From an uncultured bacterium (lineage in GTDB: Bacteria; Bacteroidota; Ignavibacteria; Kapaibacteriales; UBA4661): a stretch of DNA of 64,000 bases. The first letter of the stretch is position 1. Each line of letters opens with the position of its first letter. The notes under the pieces were generated by a model. The model made no database searches, was not told where the DNA came from, and saw only the letters and a list, made by a program, of their open reading frames with translations. Shown one piece after another: positions 1-8,441 of this stretch. The translations under genes and the position numbers were made by a program. The DNA lies in the NCBI GenBank assembly GCA_937899715.1, contig CALCNX010000075.1, positions 9,269 to 73,268 of the forward strand, written 5' to 3'.

Positions 1-54
1 CGACAGCGCGAGGAAAACGAGCGATTACGAAAAGAAAACGTCGTACAAGAATCC

Positions 55-996
55 GTGATTACGCGCCAGAACATTGCCGTTATCGGTATTGCCGTGTTGC
101 TGGGGTTGGCGCTTGTGCTGGCATTGCTGTTTTACCGTGCCGATGCCCGGAGAAAGCGCGTGAATGTACAACTTCAGGATGCAAATAATGAATTGGATGC
201 CGCTTTACAGGACTTGAAAGAAACGCAGGCACGATTGGTGCAAAGTGAGCGGATGAATACGACGGGGATGTTGGCAGCAGGCGTGATGCACGAGATTAAC
301 AATCCGAATGCGGCGGTGATAGCGGCGCTCTACGACGCACGAAATCGGGTGCAGCGTCTCACGGAGTATTTTCTGTCGCTGCTGGATGAAGCCAGTAAAT
401 CCTCCAAAAAAGCCGTGCATTTCACCGAGCTGACCAATGAGGTGCGGCATACGCTGGATATAGCGGCAAAAGGTGCAGAGCGCATACGGCATATCGTTTC
501 TAATTTGCAGCACTTTAGTAAACATCAGCGTTCCGGTAGTTATACAAGTGCGCTTTCGGTCGAACTTGCCGCCACGCTGGAGATTTTTCGGTATCAGTTC
601 AAGGATATTGCCGTTACGCTTGATGTTGCCTCCGGCGTTTCAATTACGGGGAATATCGGCGAACTGAACCAAGTTTTCTTAAACTTACTCGTGAACGCAG
701 CGCAAGCAGGCGCAACGGCTATCAACATCACGAGCAAGAGCACGGTGGAAGGCGCTGCTGAGCGAAAACGAGTAGAAATTCGTATCAGTGATAACGGCAG
801 GGGTATGACGCGCGAGGTGCAAGCGCACATCTTTGAGCCGTTTTTCAGTACCAAAGGGGGCGGTAATTCCGGCTTGGGGCTGAGTATTTCCAAACAAATT
901 CTGGAGCGGCACGGCGGCGATTTGCGCGTGGAATCGGAGGTGGGCAAAGGAACGATGTTTATTGTGGAGTTGTTTGAGAACGGAATTCATTCTTAA
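55..996 (+). CDS. Membrane sensor histidine kinase (TM, coiled coil, HisKA of the HEINNPNA type, HATPase_c). The reading frame is open back to position 1, so the gene may begin upstream of the window; otherwise it uses a GTG start at 55.
   Basis: The translation contains a TM helix (NIAVIGIAVLLGLALVLALLF), an H-box (SERMNTTGMLAAGVMHEINNPNA) and the N/G1/G2 ATPase boxes (LLVNAAQAG, DNGRGM, GNSGLGLSI). It is a paralog of the C-terminus of 13223..16618. Confidence 0.75.
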   Translation: MITRQNIAVIGIAVLLGLALVLALLFYRADARRKRVNVQLQDANNELDAALQDLKETQARLVQSERMNTTGMLAAGVMHEINNPNAAVIAALYDARNRVQRLTEYFLSLLDEASKSSKKAVHFTELTNEVRHTLDIAAKGAERIRHIVSNLQHFSKHQRSGSYTSALSVELAATLEIFRYQFKDIAVTLDVASGVSITGNIGELNQVFLNLLVNAAQAGATAINITSKSTVEGAAERKRVEIRISDNGRGMTREVQAHIFEPFFSTKGGGNSGLGLSISKQILERHGGDLRVESEVGKGTMFIVELFENGIHS

Positions 997-1122
997 CCCA
1001 GCCGAACACAAAAAACCACGATAATACCGCGAAAAACGTCTTGATGTTCAGACCGCAAGCAAGAAAATCACTCTTCTGCCAAAAGTTTACTTGAATAATA
1101 CGCAAGTGCGTATATTGCCGTT

Positions 1123-4100
1123 ATGAAACTGTTTGTTCTTCTTTTGGTTATCGCGCCGTGTCTTGCCCACGCGCAGCACGCGCCCGTGAACATTCCTCCT
1201 CCAAAGGCGGGAACGGTCTTGCGCAGCCTTGACCCCAAGAAGGACATTACGCATTACATCCACAGACTTTGGCAGGCGGAACAGGGGTTGCCGCAGAACT
1301 CTGCGCAGGCGCTCTGCCAGACGCGGGACGGATACTTGTGGATAGGCACGGAAGAAGGGTTAGTGCGCTTCGATGGTGCGCGGTTCACCGTTTTTGACAC
1401 CAAAAACACCCCCGGACTAAAAGCAAATGCTATTCAAGCACTGATAGAAGACCGCTCCGGTGCGCTCTGGATAGGCACAAGCGGTGGCGGCGTGAGCAGG
1501 TGGAAAGACGGGCATTGCACGGCATACACCACCGCAGAAGGCTTGTCGGGCGACTTTGTGAGTTCGCTCATGGAAGACCGCACGGGCGCTGAGTCCGGTG
1601 CGGGTGGTGGGGCAATCTGGGTTGGTACGCTGGGTGGGGGAGTGAGTTGTCTGAAGGATGGCAAGTTTACATCGCTGACCACCAAAAATGGTCTCTCGCA
1701 CAATCTTGTTTTTACGCTGCTCCAAGACCGCACGGGCGATGTTTGGATAGGCACAAATGGTGGTGGCGTGAACAGGCTGCATAACGGCGTTTTGACGGCA
1801 TACACCACGCAAAACGGTCTCTCGCACAATCTTGTTCGGGCGCTTCTGGAAGACCGCGACGGGGCGATTTGGATAGGGACGTTTGGCGGCGGGCTGAATC
1901 GGTTCAAAGACGGCAAGTTTACAGCGTTCACAACCAAAGATGGACTTTCGCACAATTTGGTTTGGTCGCTCCGAGAAGACCAGTTGGGAACGCTGTGGGT
2001 GGGTACATTCGGCGGCGGGCTGAATCGCTTACGCGATGGCGTTTTTTCTACGTTTTCCACTAAGAACGGGCTTTCGAGCGACCTCGTGCGTGCTATACTG
2101 GAAGACCGCGAAGGAACGCTCTGGGTGGGTACGGTGGGCGGGCTGAATTGCTTCAAAGACGGCATCTTTACAACGTTCTCCACGCATGATGGTTTGTCGC
2201 ATGATGTGGTCAGAACGCTTACGGAAAAAAGTGCGGGTGCGACAGCCAAAGGAAGCACGGAATTACATAAAGAAATGTGGATAGGCACGTTTGGCGGCGG
2301 CGTGAATCTTCTTCGGGACGGCAGGGCGCAGGCATGGACAGCCCGCACGGGGCTTTCGAGCGACATTATCTACACGCTCTTGGAAGACCGAAGCACAGGC
2401 GATAATGCGGGTGCGCTCTGGATAGGCACAAACGGTGGCGGTCTAGACCGACTTCAGAATGGCAACATTACCACTTACAACACGAAAAATGGTCTTGCAA
2501 ATGATGTTGTGTATGCTCTTGCGCAAGAATCTCGTTCGGGAGCGCTCTGGATAGCCACGAATGGGGGCGGTTTGAATCGTTTGGTATCAGGGAAATTTAC
2601 CAATTACACCACCAAAGACGGTTTGTCGAGTAATAACGTCCGAACGCTACTTCTGGAAAACCACAGCAAGGATGAGCAATCGGAAACGCTGTGGATAGGC
2701 ACAGTGGGCGGCGGGCTGAATCGCTTGAGTAATGGTAAATTCACCGTGTTCACGACTAAAGAAGGCTTGTCGCACAACAACGTGCGTTCGCTCTTCCAAG
2801 ACCGCGAGGGAACGTTGTGGATAGGCACGGTGGGCGGCGGGCTGAACAGATTCAAAGATGGCAAGTTTACGGCATTTACGACGGCAAATGGTTTGTTCGA
2901 CGACGTTGTGCATTGCATTGTGGAAGATGATTATGGCTATCTGTGGATGTCGTGCAACAAGGGTATTTTTCGTGTTCGCAAGGAGGACTTGAGCGCTTTT
3001 GCTGAGGGAAAATTGTCTAAATTTCCGTGTGAATCATTCGGTATTACCGATGGTATGCTGAGTGCGGAGTGCAATAGTGGTAATCCGGCGGGCTGGAAAG
3101 ACCGCCAAGGGCATTTGTGGTTCGCAACCATGGCGGGCGCTGTGACGGTCAATCCGGGCGCAGTGCTTTCACGCGCCAACAGTCTTGCACCGCCCGTCAT
3201 TATCGAAAGCATCATTGCCGATAGTGCTCGACTTGATGTTTCCACTCCGGCAGCAGCCCAGACGGGAGCAGAAAAGTTTGAATTTTATTATACCGCTACA
3301 AGCCTTTTTGCGCCGGAGCGTGTGAAATTCAAATACCTTTTGGAAGGCTACGACAAACAGTGGGTGGATGCTGGCACGAGGCGCACTGCATATTACACCA
3401 ATCTGCAACGCGGGCGAGACTACCGCTTTCGCGTCATCGCCTGCAACAGCGATGGCGTGTGGAACGAGACAGGTGCTATGGTGATGCTCTATCTTACGCC
3501 TCTTTTCTGGGAAACGTGGTGGTTCTTGACGCTTTGCGGGCTTGCACTTGTGTCATTGGGAGCAGGAGCATACCGTGTGCGGGTGCGGCACTTACACCAT
3601 CGGGCGGAGATGCTGGAGAAAATGGTGGAAGAGCGCACGGCGGAACTGCGCGAGAGCAATGAAGAAATCCAACAGCATCTGGAAGAAATAGACAAACAGG
3701 GGTACGAAATTGAGCTTTCTAATTTGGAATTGCGCGGAAAAAATCTGCAACTCGAAACGTTGCACAGAGAAAAAGATGAGTTTTTGGGTATCGTGGCGCA
3801 CGACTTGAAAAACCCTCTTGCAAGCATTACTCTTACGGCATCGCTGATTCGCACCTATCGCCAGCGTCATGGAGACGAATGGATAGACGAGCAGGCGAAT
3901 AAAATCGAGGCGATGACTGGGCGGATGACAAGCATCATTATGAATCTGCTGGATGTGAATGCACTGGAATCAGGGAACTATAATTTTCACATTGAGGATT
4001 TTGATATTGTGTCGGTGGTTGCTATGGTTGTGCGGGAATACCAAAGCAAATCTGCCACAAAAAAGATTAGCATTATTGCTGACTTGCCGCCGGAGAGCAG

Positions 4101-4455
4101 CGTGATAGCACACGCCGATAGCGCGATTGTACAAGGGATTTTGGATAACCTACTCTCGAACGCCGTTAAATACTCACCGCTTGGCAAACAAGTTTTTGTG
4201 CGTCTCGTCAGTGCCCACGCTGCAGTCCGCATAGAGGTTCAGGACGAAGGGCAAGGAATTTCGGAAGAAGACATGAAAAAATTATTTGGAAAATTTGCCC
4301 GCCTTTCGGCGCAACCAACAGGCGGCGAGCACAGTACGGGTCTGGGTTTAAGCATCGTCAAAAAAATGGTCGAAGCAATGCAAGGGCGTGTCTGGTGCGA
4401 ATCGGAAGCGGGCAAAGGAGCAACGTTTATCGTGGAATTGCCAAGAGTATTATAG
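1123..4455 (+). CDS. Sensor histidine kinase with a signal peptide, about 12 two-component-regulator propeller repeats (WIGT..GGL.RF), a Y_Y_Y domain, a TM helix, a coiled coil and the shared transmitter module. It has no REC or AraC domain.
   Basis: Repeats of the form LWIGTxGGGLNRxxxGKFTxxTTKDGLS, a Y_Y_Y region (FEFYYTATSL...KFKYLLEGYDKQWVD...RDYRFRVIACNSDGVWNE), a TM helix (WWFLTLCGLALVSLGAG), the H-box EFLGIVAHDLKNPL and the conserved C-terminus [52 protein letters not shown]. Confidence 0.9.
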   Translation: MKLFVLLLVIAPCLAHAQHAPVNIPPPKAGTVLRSLDPKKDITHYIHRLWQAEQGLPQNSAQALCQTRDGYLWIGTEEGLVRFDGARFTVFDTKNTPGLKANAIQALIEDRSGALWIGTSGGGVSRWKDGHCTAYTTAEGLSGDFVSSLMEDRTGAESGAGGGAIWVGTLGGGVSCLKDGKFTSLTTKNGLSHNLVFTLLQDRTGDVWIGTNGGGVNRLHNGVLTAYTTQNGLSHNLVRALLEDRDGAIWIGTFGGGLNRFKDGKFTAFTTKDGLSHNLVWSLREDQLGTLWVGTFGGGLNRLRDGVFSTFSTKNGLSSDLVRAILEDREGTLWVGTVGGLNCFKDGIFTTFSTHDGLSHDVVRTLTEKSAGATAKGSTELHKEMWIGTFGGGVNLLRDGRAQAWTARTGLSSDIIYTLLEDRSTGDNAGALWIGTNGGGLDRLQNGNITTYNTKNGLANDVVYALAQESRSGALWIATNGGGLNRLVSGKFTNYTTKDGLSSNNVRTLLLENHSKDEQSETLWIGTVGGGLNRLSNGKFTVFTTKEGLSHNNVRSLFQDREGTLWIGTVGGGLNRFKDGKFTAFTTANGLFDDVVHCIVEDDYGYLWMSCNKGIFRVRKEDLSAFAEGKLSKFPCESFGITDGMLSAECNSGNPAGWKDRQGHLWFATMAGAVTVNPGAVLSRANSLAPPVIIESIIADSARLDVSTPAAAQTGAEKFEFYYTATSLFAPERVKFKYLLEGYDKQWVDAGTRRTAYYTNLQRGRDYRFRVIACNSDGVWNETGAMVMLYLTPLFWETWWFLTLCGLALVSLGAGAYRVRVRHLHHRAEMLEKMVEERTAELRESNEEIQQHLEEIDKQGYEIELSNLELRGKNLQLETLHREKDEFLGIVAHDLKNPLASITLTASLIRTYRQRHGDEWIDEQANKIEAMTGRMTSIIMNLLDVNALESGNYNFHIEDFDIVSVVAMVVREYQSKSATKKISIIADLPPESSVIAHADSAIVQGILDNLLSNAVKYSPLGKQVFVRLVSAHAAVRIEVQDEGQGISEEDMKKLFGKFARLSAQPTGGEHSTGLGLSIVKKMVEAMQGRVWCESEAGKGATFIVELPRVL

Positions 4456-4777
4456 TTAGGGCTTTCGCAAATAGCAAGAACGAACATGATTTGGAGTGCG
4501 GAATTTTAATTCCGCAACCTTGGTACACGACAAAATTTCACAGATAGCTTGAGAACTGGCTTCGGTGGCACAGGCTGAGTGCCGCGCTCGCCTGTCTGTG
4601 TAGTCCTTTGAGCGCCGCGCTCAGAACACCGCTTCAAACCTCACAGACAAGTGAGCGCGGCGCTCAGTCTGTGCCACCGAGTACGATTTCTGTCGTGTAC
4701 TATGTTCCGCAACATATTTCTCACGTAACGGCGGAATTAAAATTCCGCACTCCTTATTTTTTGCGAAAGTCCTAATG
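4455..4777. repeat. Nested palindromic, MITE-like element of about 320 bp that begins at the stop codon of the upstream kinase gene. It has three concentric inverted repeats around a central palindrome.
   Basis: The outer inverted repeat is gttagggctttcgcaaa (4456-4472) paired with tttgcgaaagtcctaa (4762-4777). The middle one is ggagtgcggaattttaattccgc (4493-4515) paired with gcggaattaaaattccgcactcc (4731-4753). The inner one is an arm of about 40 bp, cttcggtggcacaggctgagtgccgcgctcgcctgtctgtg (4561-4601), paired with cacagacaagtgagcgcggcgctcagtctgtgccaccgag (4642-4681). The centre is the palindrome gagcgccgcgctc. A shorter relative lies at 47653..47720. Confidence 0.8.
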
Positions 4778-4949
4778 GTATCTCGTTGTTCACTACGTGT
4801 TGATGCCGTCCAGCAAGAATTTCTTCAATCTGAGAACGGTTGCATTTTTCGTGTGTGTCTATCAACATTTCATTGATATTTTACCTCGTGCCGTTGTATT
4901 TTACCGCATAACGCTATCCAAGGAAGTTTCATGCTAGTCGTTCTGCATT

Positions 4950-7900
4950 ATGCCATCCATTCGGTATTTCTTCCTCGCCCTTTTTTGCGGGTGCATCGCC
5001 GTCGCCCAAGAACGTCCGGTAAGCGTTCGCGGTTTAGACCCTTCAAAATCTATCGCCGAATACCGACATAGCATCTGGACGGCGGAAAACGGTCTTCCCC
5101 AAAACTCTGTTCAAACGCTTTGCCAAACGCGCAACGGCTACATCTGGATAGGCACACAAGAAGGTCTTGTGCGCTTCGACGGACTGAATTTTACTGTCTT
5201 CGACAAAACCAATGCTCCCGCTATAAGCGACAAATTTGTCAACGCGCTTCTGGAAACCTCTGATGGCACTCTGTGGGGAGGAGGCGCAAGAGGGTGCCTT
5301 TTTTCTCTGCAAAACGGAGTCTTTACGCGCCAAGCGATTGACCAACAAGCCGACGTTCGTGCATTGGCGGAATGGCACGGAAGAGTCTGGATTGGCACAA
5401 ATAGAGGGCTGTACTCTTGGCAGCGAAACGCGGCAACGTTCCGCCGTCTGAGTGTGATCGACGGTTTGCCGAGCGACGCTATTTTGTCGCTTGCCGCCGA
5501 CACGACGGCAGGTATTCTCTGGGTGGGAACGCAGGAAGGACTCTGCGCGGTGCGGATAGCTGCGTCGAATAATGACGGCGTGGGCGACACTTTTCGGACG
5601 CACTCTTTCCGTGTGGGGGATGGGTTGGTCAACGCAGCCATTCGTGCGCTGCTTTGCGATAGAGAGGGAACGCTCTGGATAGGCTCTAACGGGGGGCTAC
5701 AACGTGCGGTATGGAGCGACGGTGCGTTTCGCATAGTGGAAACCTATACTGAGCGCTCCGGTTTATCGGATAACGTTATCACTGCACTACACGAGGACAT
5801 GGAGCGAACCCTATGGATTGGTACGGCAACGCAAGGCTTAATGCGTTGCGCAGCTTCTCGCCGGATATTTGAACGCTTTACTATCGCCAACGGGCTTGGC
5901 AGCAACGATGTGGACGCAATTATACAGGACCGCGAGGGAATGCTCTGGATTGGCAGCGCCAATGGCGGCGGTCTCAATCGCCTCGCCAATGCTTCGTTTA
6001 TCGGCTACACAAAAAGCAACGGACTTGTTGGCGAGTTTGCTTGGACGTTGCTGCAAAGCCGCGACGGTTCAATGTATTTTAACACCAGTAATGCCGGTGT
6101 GGCACGCTTGAAGTCCGGCGCGTTTAGCTTTTTCACCAAAGAGCGCAACGGTTTACTTAGCAATGCGGGCAGAGCTATGATGGAAGACGCGGAGGGCGTT
6201 CTCTGGGTGGGTTCAGCCGAAAGCGGCGTTTCATGCGTCAAAAACGGGCGCGTTGTCAAAACGTACACAACGGCGACCGGACTGCTTGGCGATAATATCC
6301 GCGTTTTGTTTGAAGATAGTAAACGGCGCGTCTGGATTGGCTCGTTCAACAGCGGTCTCCAATGTTTAGAACATGGAAAATTTACATCGTGGACAGAAAA
6401 AAATGGCTTGTGTGGCAACAAACCGCGTACAGTGTTGGAGTCGTCCGACGGCACGATATGGATAGGCACATCCGGTGGTCTCAACGCTCTGCGCCCGGGA
6501 GCGTCGAAGTTGGAGCAGTACACCACTGCGCAGGGCTTAACTATGAATAGCGTTTTGTCGCTGCACGAAGACGAAAGCGGGGCACTCTGGCTTGGCATGA
6601 ACAGAGGCGGCTTGCATCGCTACAAAAACGGGAAATTTACCCATTGCAGCATAGAACACGGCTTGTTCGATGAAAATGTGTACAGCATTCTCGACGACGG
6701 TTTGGGCAATTTCTGGATGAGTTGCAATTTTGGCGTGTTTCGCGTGAGCAAAGCCGAACTGAACGCATTTATGGACGGCAGAGCGGCACATATCGTTTGC
6801 ACGGTCTTCGGGAAAGCCGACGGAATGCCGGTAGCCGAGTGCAACGGTGGGAGTACGCCGTCGGCATGGCGCTCCGGCGACGGGCGGTTATGGTTCGCTA
6901 ACGCAGTGGGCGCGGTTGTTGTGGATCCGCGTAAAATCTATAAAAATCCTGTTCCGCCGCAGGTGATTCTGGAGGAGATGCGTGTCGATGGGAAACCTTC
7001 CACATCGGCGACCATTCTCGCAACTGAAACCGAAAAACTTGAATTTCAATACACTGCCACGTGCCTTGCAGCCGCCGAGCGTGTGAAATTTAAGTATATG
7101 CTTGAAGGCTACGATAAGGATTGGGTGGAAGCCGGAAACCGCCGTACCGCCTATTACACGAATCTTCAACGAGGGCGCGACTACCGTTTCCGAGTTATCG
7201 CTTGCAACAACGACGGCGTTTGGAACGATACAGGGGCGTGGATCAATTTTTCAATTACGCCTTTTTGGTGGGAAATGTGGCAATTTTACGGACTCTGCGT
7301 GATGTTTGTCGGTACCACCGCGTATCAAGGGTTTCGCTGGCGGACACGGCGCTTGCGGGCAAGGGCGCGGGAATTAGAACGACTTGTCGCCAAACGCACG
7401 AAAGAAGTGCAAATGCAAGCTGCCGATATTGAAACGGCAAACACCGCTTTGCACGAAAAAAATATCATGTTGGAGCGACAGCAACAGATTTTAGAGGAAC
7501 AGGCACGGGAAATTGAAATTGCCAATTCAGCACTTCAGGAAAAAAATATCACGCTGGAAATGCTGAACCAAGAAAAGAATGAGTTTTTGGGCATAGCCGC
7601 ACATGATTTGAAAAACCCTCTTCAGCATATTATCATGGTTTCGGAAAAAATAGAGCGATATTATGACCGCATGAAGCGCGATGATATTGTTCACCAAGCC
7701 AAGACGATTGGTGCGGTGGCGCATCGTATGAACGAAATTATCGTGAATCTTCTTGATATTAACGCCATTGAGCGAGGCGGCGTGAGACTCGCGCCTAAAG
7801 AAGTTGACGTAGAGCCGCTGGTGCGCCGCGTAACCGAAGACTATGCGCACACGGCGCAAGAAAAAAACATAGCGATTTTTGTTGTCGGCATGGGAACAGA

Positions 7901-8255
7901 AACGCGCGCTTTTGCGGATGAAACTGCCGTCACGCAAGTTCTGGACAATCTCATCTCGAATGCCATCAAATATTCTCCGCATGGGAAAAGCGTGTTTGTG
8001 CGGGTGAAATCTGGCGTGGAAGCCATTCGTTTGGAAGTTGAGGATGAAGGTCCGGGTATTTCGCCAGAGGATATGCAAAAGCTGTTTGGCAAGTTTGCCC
8101 GCCTTTCTGCCCGTCCGACGGGCGGCGAACATAGCACAGGACTGGGTTTGAGTATTGTTAAAAAAATGGTTGAAGCGATGAACGGGCGCGTTTGGTGTGA
8201 GTCGGAGTTTGGCAAAGGCGCGACGTTTATTGTGGAGTTGCCAACTGTATCATAG
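4950..8255 (+). CDS. Sensor histidine kinase (signal peptide, propeller repeats, Y_Y_Y, TM, long coiled coil, shared transmitter module).
   Basis: Same architecture as 1123..4455. It has the Y_Y_Y motif FQYTATCLAAAERVKFKYMLEGYDKDWVEAGNRRTAYYTNLQRGRDYRFRVIACNNDGVWND, the H-box EFLGIAAHDLKNPL, and ends ...[20 protein letters not shown]. Confidence 0.9.
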   Translation: MPSIRYFFLALFCGCIAVAQERPVSVRGLDPSKSIAEYRHSIWTAENGLPQNSVQTLCQTRNGYIWIGTQEGLVRFDGLNFTVFDKTNAPAISDKFVNALLETSDGTLWGGGARGCLFSLQNGVFTRQAIDQQADVRALAEWHGRVWIGTNRGLYSWQRNAATFRRLSVIDGLPSDAILSLAADTTAGILWVGTQEGLCAVRIAASNNDGVGDTFRTHSFRVGDGLVNAAIRALLCDREGTLWIGSNGGLQRAVWSDGAFRIVETYTERSGLSDNVITALHEDMERTLWIGTATQGLMRCAASRRIFERFTIANGLGSNDVDAIIQDREGMLWIGSANGGGLNRLANASFIGYTKSNGLVGEFAWTLLQSRDGSMYFNTSNAGVARLKSGAFSFFTKERNGLLSNAGRAMMEDAEGVLWVGSAESGVSCVKNGRVVKTYTTATGLLGDNIRVLFEDSKRRVWIGSFNSGLQCLEHGKFTSWTEKNGLCGNKPRTVLESSDGTIWIGTSGGLNALRPGASKLEQYTTAQGLTMNSVLSLHEDESGALWLGMNRGGLHRYKNGKFTHCSIEHGLFDENVYSILDDGLGNFWMSCNFGVFRVSKAELNAFMDGRAAHIVCTVFGKADGMPVAECNGGSTPSAWRSGDGRLWFANAVGAVVVDPRKIYKNPVPPQVILEEMRVDGKPSTSATILATETEKLEFQYTATCLAAAERVKFKYMLEGYDKDWVEAGNRRTAYYTNLQRGRDYRFRVIACNNDGVWNDTGAWINFSITPFWWEMWQFYGLCVMFVGTTAYQGFRWRTRRLRARARELERLVAKRTKEVQMQAADIETANTALHEKNIMLERQQQILEEQAREIEIANSALQEKNITLEMLNQEKNEFLGIAAHDLKNPLQHIIMVSEKIERYYDRMKRDDIVHQAKTIGAVAHRMNEIIVNLLDINAIERGGVRLAPKEVDVEPLVRRVTEDYAHTAQEKNIAIFVVGMGTETRAFADETAVTQVLDNLISNAIKYSPHGKSVFVRVKSGVEAIRLEVEDEGPGISPEDMQKLFGKFARLSARPTGGEHSTGLGLSIVKKMVEAMNGRVWCESEFGKGATFIVELPTVS

Positions 8256-8441
8256 TGGGCTATTGCTTTGCATATTGAGTTTTACAGTTCGGGCTGTCCT
8301 GCTTGCCTTCTTCGGTGCGGCTGCCCAATATGCGTCTGATGACCAACCGACAGCCGATAGTGTACTTTCACTCGCTAGCCGCCAGCCCACAGGCATAAAA
8401 CTTTTTCAACAAACACCACTATATAAAGCACTATATTACGT

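Noticed and set aside
1434-2366. Long minus-strand ORFs with repetitive proline-rich translations (SPPPNVP...), here and at 5138..5734, inside the propeller kinase genes
   Set aside because: They are the antisense of the repeated GGGLNRF.DG propeller-repeat codons. Repetition on the sense strand creates stop-free antisense frames.
4239-4487. A family of conserved minus-strand ORFs (here and at 7841..8215, 10130..10465, 13004..13243, 19783..20187, 21455..21733, 24170..24712, 26566..26922, 34347..34610, 43605..44039, 47187..47738, 53834..54220; a related motif also in 16315..16641 and 32042..32242) that all encode ...[51 protein letters not shown]...
   Set aside because: They are antisense translations of the conserved kinase C-terminal module. 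Their conservation is fully explained by sense-strand constraint, and they have no independent start or stop context. They are not genes.
8256-8441. Possible hairpin or terminator in the intergenic region after the kinase ending at 8255 (gggctgtcctgc...gcggctgccc)
   Set aside because: On reverse-complement comparison the two halves are not complementary. There is no convincing stem.
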